Assembly (NCBI GenBank): GCA_043228905.1
Contig: JBHGNT010000003.1
Span: 8,866,001 to 8,930,000 of the forward strand
DNA: 64,000 nucleotides
Reading direction: 5' to 3'
From: Azolla caroliniana
Taxonomy: Eukaryota > Plantae > Polypodiophyta
The position numbers and the translations under genes were made by a program. Under the pieces are notes generated by a model. It saw only the letters and a program-made list of their open reading frames with translations. It was not told the DNA's origin and did not search any database. Below are positions 25,435-35,413 of the stretch, one piece after another (within the stretch, counting starts at the first letter, position 1; each line of letters begins with the position of its first letter).

Positions 25435-27624
25435 ATAATAAAAGAAAAATTACCAGGTCTACAAGGTGGCTCGAGTCAAAGGCAAACGAGATTTGCTACA
25501 TATAATCTAGAGTCAAACCATTTGGTTTATGACGAAGATAATGCACTGATTGGTACATCCGAGGATGACAAGGAAGAATCGTTATTGTATATTAGTTATA
25601 GTAGTGATTCTCCATAAAGGAGTGATCATGAATGTATATTTGGCTATTAAGTGTAACTACATTCCGCTTGTAACAAATCGAGTAGTATAAAAGCATGTGT
25701 TTTGAATTCTTATGATTTCTAAAAAATCGTTTCTTATAAAATAACATTGGTTGTAAAGTTTGTGATATAAATTGAGAATGTAACTTTTTGAAATTCGTCT
25801 TTTTTTAGTTACTTCTAAATCACGAAAATAGTGGATTTTTAACCTTTTTCATAGTATGTTTGAACATGCATGATACTGGTATCAATGTGTTTTGTAAAAT
25901 CATTGAAAAAGCCCTAAAATCAACCAAAATTTCCCTTATCCTTCCATTTATGCGCGATCCTTCCACTTGTGAATGCGAACGTGTTGACGGTGGACGAAGA
26001 CGAGATGGTCCAAATCTGCCTCTATGGTTTAGCGCAAAGGTACGGACCTATCTGGACGGCAATTTGCCCCCGGGAGAATCCACCGTCCTTCTTTGACTTG
26101 CAATCGATGTTGATGGTCGAAGAAAACCACATGAGTGGGTCGAGGACCACTCAATCAGATAGCCAGATGTTGTGCACGAAGGCGGATCGGCCTTGTGGGC
26201 GTGGAGGACGAGGTGGGCCAGCACGCAATAGCAGCAGCCGGGAAGAGCAGAATCAGAGGCACAGAGAGAGTGTCGGCAATAGTTTCGAACCCTCCACAAG
26301 AAGGGGAGTCAAGGTGGCGCTTGAAACCAACAATCCAAAATCGATACAGAATGCTAGTAATGTGACAAGAAAGACCATCGAGAACGCAAGTGCTAGAAGT
26401 AGCACGCTGATTTGGATAAATCTAGATCCAGCAAGGCTAGACAAGGGAATCGGCAGGGCTCGCACTACGCAAGAGGATTAGAAGGATCCAGAACCGGAAA
26501 GACTGGAAAAGAGCCAGCCTTAGTGATGAAGCACGAGGCGAAATCGATGAAGAAGACCACTTCCAAATCGAAGGAAGTGTGGTATGTTGATTTTGGAGTG
26601 GCAAACCATATGATGAGCCACAAAGAGTGGTTCTCGTATCTGGAAAAAACAGAGCAATCGGGAGTTGTCGAAACCAGAGACGACACCCCTCACCCAATCG
26701 AACATGTTGGAGAAATCCCCTTAAGTCATGTCGGACAAAAAGTGAAGTTGATGAACGTATTACATGTTCCGACAATTACGAAGAATGTGATGCCGGTCGA
26801 AGGTCAAGTCGGATATCGACTTGTGGCATAAGCAGATCGGCCACGTAAATTATCAAAGGCTTCAGGACTTGCAGTCAAAACAGGTTGTGTTCGGACTGCC
26901 CAAATTCAATGGCCGGAAGGCTCGAATTTGTGAAGCCTGCCAGCTTGGGAAGCAACATCGGCTTCCATTCCCTAATGAGCAAAACTAGAGCCAAAACAAG
27001 CTCGATTTAATACATTCGGATGTATGGGAACCGGCACAAAATGTTAGTCTTGGCTGGAGTCGATATTTTGTCTCCTTCATCGACAACTACAGTTGACACA
27101 CATGGATCTACTTGATCGAAAAGAAAAGCGAAGTTTTCGATTGTTTCTAGAACTTACAGAGTTTAGTTGGATGGGAAATAGAAAGGAAGATCAAGTGCAT
27201 ACGGTCGGATGGCGGAAAAGAATACTTTTCAGGCCAATTCAACAACTATCTGCAGTAGAAGGGAATTCGAAGAGAATTCAGTTGCAGATATACACCTGGG
27301 TAAAATGACGTAGCCGAGAGGAAGAATTGGTCGATTGTGGAAGCGGCACGGGCAATGTTGAAAGAAAAGAGCATGTTGAAGTTCTACTCGGTCGAAGTAG
27401 TTCAGACTGCGGTGTACATCTAAAACCGGATGGGGAGAAGGTGTCAGCACATGAGCTGTATTTTGGACGGAAGCCGAATTTATGACACCTAAGGGTATTC
27501 GGCAGCATAGCGTATGTGCATGTGCCCGATGAGAAGAGCAAGAAGTTTGACCCGAAGTTGGAGAAGTGCATCATGGTCGGCTACTCACATGAATAGAAGG
27601 GGTAAACAAACAAACAAGTTCGAG

Positions 27625-30600
27625 TGTCATGATATGGCATGGTATGACTCCAAAATTATTTGAACCCATGACCTTGTGTTACAAAGGTTGAACCCTTACC
27701 ATTAAACCATGCATTGTAATACAAAAAATATTATTTTCATTTACTATTTCACTATAGGAAATTCATGTATATTCTAGATTACTCTGGAACATTCTAGAAA
27801 CTTCAGGAGTATTCCTGACATTACTATAAATAGAGGCACATGACATTATTAAGAACCAATTCAGTTCAACGCCAGTCTTAAGCCTCCTAGCTGTTCTTGT
27901 ATCTTTCTTCATATAATATAATATACTTCTTGTTGTCATCATTCTCTCTCTCTCTGTCTTCCCCTCTCGTGATTCTCACACACTCTTTCCCTTCTTAGTA
28001 CTAATCCTCAATCTTCTTCTCTATCTTTAGTGTTAATTCTCCTTGCCTCTAGTACTATCCCTCACAGTTTGAACCGAATTCCTCATCTTCTTAACCCCCC
28101 TTCCCTTCATACTAATCCTCTTGTCCTTCCTTCCTCCAATACTATGGAAACTGTTAGAGCTCAAGAATACCAATCTATCTTCTCGAAGCTACCGTGCTTG
28201 AAAGAAAAGTTTGTAATGCTAGAACAAGAAAATCAACGGTTATTGGGGGATCTTCAACAAATCTCTCTAGAGAAGCAGCAAATGCAACAACAACACGGAG
28301 AGTTGGCATTACATGTGCAACAACTTGAAGCAACCATTGTGTCATTGCAACAACAGGAACCAAGTACTCAAGGAATTCATAAAGAATCCAAGATCGGTCT
28401 TCCTACAAAATTCGATGGAACACGATCACAATTCATAAGATTCCATAATCAGGTACATCTCGTGATTCAAATGCATCCTTCCCGATATCCCACCGCTGCA
28501 TCACGAGTAGGACAAGTAGGCACGTTGCTTAGCGACACAAATTTAGCATGGTTTGCTCCTTTGTTAGAACAAAGATCTCTATTGTTAAATAATTTTGAGG
28601 AATTTATCAGCAAGTTTAAAGCCTGTTTCAGGGACACACACCGATAGTGTTAAGACGGCAATCAATAAAATCCGAAGATTGCATCAAGGTGATCGTCCAG
28701 CCTCTCAGCTTAGGCTGCGGATTTTTGTCTACTCGCCGTCGATATTCCCTCAGATGACCTAGCATTGATGGAGCAGTTTCGATATGGACTCCAAAATGAT
28801 GTCAAAGATTTACTCTTGACTTTCCTTTAGGAACCAAAGTCTCTCACAGAGGCAATCAGTCGAGCGGTAACAATTAGTACTAAAAGTAACCCTCTAGTAC
28901 ATGTCTTAGCACTCCTAGATTCCGGAGCAAATTCTTGCTTCATGGATAAGAATCTTGTCGAAGCTCATCAGATATCCCTAAGAAAACTCCATTGCCTAGC
29001 TTTTGTAGTAGTCATTGATGGTTGTCCCATTGCTTTCGGAAATATCGTAGAAGAGTCAGAGCCAATTAGTGTTGTCCTAATTAATGGCACAAAGTTTTTC
29101 ACAAAAATTGACTTACGAGGAGCATATAACCTCATACAGATTCGACCGGGACATGAATGGAAGACAACTTTGAGTATACAGTTATGCCATTTGGCCTCAC
29201 CAATGTGTCAATAGTCTTCCAGCACATGGAAAATGATATATTCTGAGATCATTTGGACATCTGTTTGATCATGTACTAGGATTATCTACTAGTTTATTCA
29301 AAGACATAGGAGGAGCATGATTCTATTGTACTATTAGTACTAAGACGACTACGAGAATATGGTCTTTATGCAAAGCTGGAAAAGTGTAGTTTTGATTGTA
29401 ACCAGGTGGAATTTCTAGGCTATGTCATCTCCTCGGAAGGCATATCTATGGATCCAGCTAAAGTCCAAACCGTGTTAGAGTGGCAAACTCTGCATTCATT
29501 GCGAGATGTGCAATGCTTTTTAGGATTTTCAAATTTCTATCGCAAGTTTATACATGACTACTCAAAGCTTATTTTACCGCTCACACAACTTACAAAGAAG
29601 GGACAATCGTTTGTTTGGTCTAAGGAAGCGGACACGACTTTTGAAGTTCTTAAGAAAGCAATTACATCAGCTCCTGTTCTAGCTCATGTTGATCCGCAAA
29701 AACCATTTATCATTGATGCAGACACGTCAGATTTCGCCCTTGATAGTATTTTGTCACAACAAGGTGATGATGAGAAACTACCTCCCGTGGCTTTCCACTT
29801 GCACAAATTTGACACCGCCGAAATCAACTACGAGATACATGACAATGAGTTGTTAGCAATAGTGGATTCTTTTGCATAATGGAGGCATTTTTTAGAAGGA
29901 TCTCCGCATCAAGTCACTGTATTTAGTGATCACAAGAATCTTGCCTACTTCCAGAATGCTTGTGTGTTAAATAGACAACAAGCTCAGTGGGCTCAATTCC
30001 TCACTCATTTCGACTTTAAGATTATATATCATCCGGGCAAGCAACAAGGGAAGGCAAATGCATTTTCACGACTCTCATATCTAACTCCTTCCCTTCGACA
30101 ATCAAAAGCAAGTAATCTTGGGTCCTGCACGACTTCAAGCAACATGGGTTTTTGACACTCCATTGGATTCCCGCATTATCGATACCATACATGAAGATTT
30201 GAAGACAATGTTTTTGCTCAAGCTATTCTAGATCAAATCGATCCCTCTCGAGCATCTTGTACACGGTCACAACAACCAGGTACCGATTATCGACAATTCA
30301 AATGTCATGATGGTTTACACTTCTTTAAGAAAATTTTGTATGTCCCCAATGGTTCTTGTCGCCTTCGAATAGTACAAAATTGTCATGACACATACACATC
30401 CGAACATTTTGGTAGTACTAAAGTTGGATTTAGTACAACGATCATTTTGGTGGCCCATATGCGAAGATTTGTCGAAGACTATGTTCGGACATGTGATACA
30501 TGTTGCATAGTGAAGATGCCTCGACATCATCCATATGGTTTGTTGGAGCCATTACCGATCCCAAGCAAACTGTGTCAATCTATTTCTCTGGATTTTATCA

Positions 30601-30640
30601 CAAATCTTCCGGATTCGAAGGGTTTCAATGCGATCTTAAC
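27625..30640 (+). mobile_element. Degenerate Ty3/gypsy chromovirus (Tcn1/Tf1-sushi-like): 5' LTR 27625-28066, gag, protease, partly deleted RT, RNase H and start of integrase
   Basis: The LTR (TGTCA...TCACA) resembles 49097-49525. Motifs: gag [44 protein letters not shown], and the integrase zinc finger H..GH..CDTC. Confidence 0.88.
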
Positions 30641-30795
30641 TAGTGTAGAAACCAGAACACCAGGTCATTTAGAATAGGTAATATGTCTCATTCCTTTATT
30701 GATAAATACATGAGATGTCAAGAATTACAACTTTTTAACAATTTTTCAAGAATGTATCACGCTGTTGGCTGTGACGTGCTTTGGTTGCTTGGGGG

Positions 30796-33062
30796 TGTCA
30801 CTGACACACGAACCGCGGACTTGGATGGAACACGAATGACAAGGATAACAAGGAACTTAAGATGCTAGGAACAACATGAGAGAATAAAGACAAAGATGGA
30901 ATGAAAGAAGAATACTAGATTGATGTGTCAATGACTGGTGTTGAATCCCTTGAAAGGGACCAAGGAGGTTACAAGTATTTATACTGTGAGTCGAAGTACA
31001 TGCATTAGAATATTCGAGAGAATATCCTAGAACCCTTTAGAACCTTCTAGTTCTAGAACTTTCTAAAAATTCCTAGAACTTGAAATAGATAATCTACTAA
31101 TAATCTACTAAGATGTACATAACATGACCATGTATTTGGATGTGTTGGTTATAACACAACACTTGACTATATATAAGAGGTCAAGAGTTCAAATCTTGTC
31201 GTCATGTCTGTGACATTATCCTCCCCTTTAAGGCCACCTTTTCGAAAGTGTGGTGTAGGGGTGAGCTGAAAGAGAAAACCAAAGTGCGTTGAGGTGTGAG
31301 TGACCATGAGCAATCCTCACCAGAAATAGGAACGCGGGCAACCATGTGTGGTCCTCACCGGAGACTAGACACCAATGTGAGCGTGAGCAACCATGTTCGG
31401 TCCTCACCGGAGACTAGAACACCAACACCAACATGAGCATGAGCGACCATGTACGGTCCTCACCAAAGACTGGAACACCAACATGAGCATGAGCGACCAT
31501 GTGCGGTCCTCACCAGAGATTGGAACACCAACATGAGTGAATGACCATGTGCGGTCCTCACCGGAGACAGGAACACCAATGGACGTGAGCGACCATGTGC
31601 GGTCCTCATCGGGAACTGGAACACCAACGGGCATGAACGACCATGTGCGGTCCTCACCGCAGACTGGAACACCAACGTGCGTGAGCGACCATGTGCGGTC
31701 CTCACCGCAGACACGAACACCAACGGGCGTGAGCGACCATGTGCGGTCCTCACCAGAGACACGAACACCAACGGAAGTGAGTGACCATGTGCGGTCCTCA
31801 CCAGGAACTGGAACACCAACGAATGTGAGGGGACCATGTGCGGTCCTCACCGGGAACTGGATCACCAACGGACGTGAGCGACCATGTGCGGTCCTCACCG
31901 GAGACTGGAACACCAACGATCGTGAGAGACATTGTACAGTACTCACCGGAGACGTGAGCGACCATGTGCGGTCCTCACTAGAGACAGGAACACCAATGGG
32001 CGTGAGTGACCTTGCACGGTCCTCACCGGGAACTGGAACACTTGACGACAATGACAGCTAGGCAAAGTAGTGTTGATGACGACACGAAGAGGTGTTGAAG
32101 ATGATGATGTCGAAGAAGAAGCAATGAAGACAATGATGTTGAGGAAGTGTCTTTGGAAGCAATGATTGTGACTATGGCAATGATGGAAACTGAGAAATAG
32201 ATGAAGAGGGTAAGAAACACATAGATCAAGAAGTTGAGGATAAAAAGAAACACACAGACGAAGATATAGAGGATGATAGAATACACAATGACAGGGACGA
32301 AGATGATAAGAAACACATAGATAGGGATGATGATGATAAGAAACACATATATAGAGATGAAAATGGTAGGAAACACAGGGAGAAGGATGACAATGACAAA
32401 AAATGCAGAGATAGGGATGTGGAAGATGATAAGAACCACAAAGATAGGGATGATGATGATAAGAAACTAAAAGATAGAGACAACGATGAGAATAAACTAG
32501 GAGATAAAGATGGCGAGGAAAATAGGAAACGGAGGGATGCTGATGACGATAACTCTAGAAGCAAGGACGGTGACGATGGTAACTCTAGAAGCAAGGGCGA
32601 TGACGAAGACAAGTGATGCTTCTAGTTGGAAGGGATTCAAACTGTCACGGACACACGAACTGCGGACTTGGATGGAACACGAATGACAAGGCTAACAAGG
32701 AACTTAAGATGCTGGGAACGACATAAGAGAATAAAGCCAAAGATGGAATGAAAGAAGAATACTAGATTGATGTGTCAATGACTGGTGTTGAATCCCTTGA
32801 AATGGACCAAGGAGGTTACAAGTATTTATATTGTGAGTCGAAGTACATGTATTAGAATATTCTCCCGAATATTCTAGAACCCTTTAGAACCTTCTAGTTC
32901 TAGAACTTTCTAAAAATTCCTAGAACTTGAAATAAATAATCTACTAATAATCTACTAAGATGTACATAACATGACCATGTATTTGGATGTGTTGGTTAGA
33001 ACACAACACTTGATTATATACAAGAGGTCAAGAGTTCAAATCTTGTCTTCATGTCTATGATA
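30796..33062 (-). mobile_element. Complete non-autonomous LTR element (TRIM-like): 420-bp LTRs at 30796-31215 and 32643-33062, with a repeat-filled interior
   Basis: Near-identical LTRs, TSD GGGGG, PPT (AAAGGGGAGGATAA on -) at 31216-31229, self-priming-type PBS at 32630-32640, and no retroelement protein motifs. Confidence 0.92.
31298..32042. repeat. ~48-bp minisatellite, about 15 units (GTGAGCGACCATGTGCGGTCCTCACCGGAGACTGGAACACCAACGGGC)
   Basis: Read directly; it produces repetitive ORFs on both strands. Confidence 0.95.
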
Positions 33063-33575
33063 GGGGGCTCATGTGGCCCACTCAACCTGGTTGAGACTGG
33101 ACTCTATTCTTATGTGAGCCTTAGTCGGTTGTCCTCCTCCGAGTCTATATTGAAATAGGTTTCAATTGGATTATTGAATGGAGCCGAGTCGACCGAGTAC
33201 CAGGATGTTGATTCGTCGAATACGACATCCCTACTCACTCGTACCTTTTTGGTAGATGGGTTGAAGCACTTGTACCCCTTCTGTTTAACTGAGTACCCCA
33301 CAAGGATACACTTCTCTGATTTTGGATCGAGCTTTTGCCGCTTTTCATCGAGAATATGTACGAATGTGATCGAGCCGAATATCCTAACATGGGAAAAGTT
33401 CGACGTCTTTCCATAGAATGTTTCATGGGGGGTGATATCGTGCACTCCGGATGTTGTGCACCGGTTCATTAGATATATATCCGTGTTCATCGCTTCAGCC
33501 CAATATGATTTTGGTAGGTTCTTTTCATTCATCATTGCCCTTGCCACCTCTATTATATGTTGATTCTTACGTTCA
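33063..33575 (-). mobile_element. Copia integrase / SH3 fragment
   Basis: ERKNQHIIEVARAMM..YWAEA..KLDPKSEKCILVGYS..GYKCFNP..VSRDVVFDE. Confidence 0.88.
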
Positions 33576-35413
33576 TGTTGAGTGGACAAGATCAACCGGA
33601 TCTGGATCAGTGTCCAGATAGATTGGTATCCGGAATCTAGAGTCAGACCGGAGAACCAGATCTGGACAAATTGGTAAGCCGTTAGACGCCTACAAATCTA
33701 GCCTAGTACGTAGCCATATTTTTGGGAGTCAGTGTCAGTCGCTCATATGAGCATTGAAGTACATGTCAGTACTTTTGTCAATCCTTTCATGGACTCGTAT
33801 AAAAGTGCTCACTGAGCACATTGTATGTACAAAGTGTTATTATTTTGAATTTAGTTCATGCTATTCTACTCTCTCTGTCTTTCCCACTCTTTGTCTGCGT
33901 TTTGTAAGGTTTCCATTAAACCTGTGTCTATATTCTTTTGCTATCCGGTGTAACCGGTTTGTCAAATCTTCCGCATATGTTAACCTTGACATGGTATCAG
34001 AGCGCGAGGGTTGAGAATCCTCTATTGCCGACGAGTGACACTCACAGACAAACCCTAACACCCGGTACAGAATAGGAAGGAAGGTATGGACAGAAGCATG
34101 GCGAGCTCACTTCCAACAGAAAGGCTCGACTGGAGAAACTATGCGTCCTGGTCGTATAAAATGCACCAGTACTTGCTAGGGTATGGATATGGAGCTACGT
34201 GGAAGGAGTGAATAAAGCAGCGCTGGATTCGGCACACAAGGACTTCCCGATATGGGAGCAAGGAGCGAGCAAGGTGGTGTACTACCTCGCGTCCTATGTG
34301 CACAACCAAATGCTTGGTTATATCAGAGATGCAAAATCACCCAAGGAGGCTTGGGAAAATCTCCATAAGATTTTCGCCACAAGTACCACGGCTCGGAAGT
34401 TGCAGCTCCGGCAAGAGCTCAACAATATCCAGCAACAGGATATGTCGGTCATCGACTACACCACCAAGATCTAGGAGATTTGTGATGCGCTCAGGTCCAT
34501 CAACGTGATGGTGGACAAGGACGAGATGGTCCAAATCTACCTCGGTGGTCTAGCACAACGGTACGGGCCAATCCGGACGGCAATTTGCACCCGAGAGAAG
34601 CCATTGTTCTTCTTCGACCTGCAATCGATGCTCATGGTCGAAGAACACCACGCGAGTGGGTCAAGGACCACTCAATCGGACAATGAGATGTTGTACACGG
34701 AGGCGGATCGGCCCCACAGGCATGGAGGATGAGGTGGGTCAGCACGCAATGCAGGTGGCTTACAAGAGCAAAATCGGAGGCACAGAGATAGTGCCAACAA
34801 CCGTTCCGGACCCTCCACGAGCAGGGGGAGTCAAAGCGGCGCCAGAAACCGGCAATCAAAGACCGAAACGGAATGTTGGTATTGTGGCAAGAAGGGCCAT
34901 CGAGAGAACGAGTGTTGGAAGAAGCGCACCGATTCGGATAAATCCGGATCCGACAGGGCTGAACAAGGGAATCGGCAAAGCTCACACTACGACGAGGGAT
35001 CAAAAGGATCCGGAACTGGTAAGACCGAAAAAGGGCCAGCCTTTGTGATGAAACAAAAGGCGAACCCAATAAAGAAGACCACTTCTGGATCGGAGGAAGT
35101 GTGGTACGTTGACTCCAGAGTGTCTAACCACATGACAAGTCACGAAGAGCAACCGGGCGTTGTCGAGACCGGAGACGACACTCCTCACCCTATCGTGCAT
35201 GTCGGAGAAGTTCCCCTGAGTCATGCCAGACAAAAGGGGAAGCTTATGAATGTGTGTCACGTCCCAACAATCGCAAAGAACCTGGTGTCGGTCGGACAGG
35301 CCGTTAACCAGGGGATGCAAGTGCGGTTTATGCACCTTGGGTGCTTCATCGAGGAAGAAGGTCGGATAATTGCGCAAGGGCGTCGGGACGGGAGGATGTT
35401 TATCCTCGACACC
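33576..35413 (+). mobile_element. 5' part of a Ty1/copia: LTR 33576-33991, PBS(Met) 33992-34003, gag, zinc knuckle and protease; truncated by a gypsy insertion
   Basis: TG..CA LTR, TGGTATCAGAGC, ARKLQLRQELNN, CWYCGKKGH and WYVDS. Confidence 0.9.

Larger units (their letters stand above)
22186..25617 (+). pseudogene. Sola1-like DDD transposase (~930 codons) with a C-terminal SH3/Tudor-like region, interrupted by a solo LTR
   Basis: The ORFs at 22186, 22594 and 24055 share one frame, separated by single stops at 22567, 24028 and 24766. Motifs: CCARGC, CSIC, LMIDGMDQKK, IQLDNTARENKNS, FLMVGHTNDHIDQMFS. The frame resumes after the solo LTR (STIDI-IKEKLPG..., 25435-25617). Confidence 0.85.
16153..25985. 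mobile_element. 9.8-kb TIR DNA transposon (Sola1-like) carrying a ParB-amino-methyltransferase gene
   Basis: Left TIR 16153-16187 AACACGTTCGCGTTCACAAGTGGAAGGATTGCGCA and right TIR 25951-25985 are 33/35 identical in inverted orientation. TSD GACG lies at 16149-16152 and 25986-25989. Removing the element restores the copia gag frame SINVTVDEDEMVQ. Confidence 0.95.
15594..27624 (+). mobile_element. Degenerate, truncated Ty1/copia (LTR ~15594-16000, gag, protease, integrase), split by the DNA transposon at 16153-25985
   Basis: The LTR resembles 33576-33991. Gag reads ..DYTTKIKEIYDILGSINVT and resumes at 25990 as VDEDEMVQICL; WYVDFGVANHM and integrase fragments follow to 27624. Confidence 0.88.

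Noticed and set aside
16153-25985. Bacterial or phage contamination as the source of the ParB-MTase
   Set aside because: The gene has five GT-AG introns, and the element is inserted with a TSD into a plant copia and itself hosts a solo LTR.
31298-32042. CRISPR-like array, or a repeat protein encoded by the ORFs at 31404-32061
   Set aside because: The units are contiguous tandem copies with no unique spacers and no cas genes. The ORFs are by-products of a stop-free minisatellite inside an LTR element.
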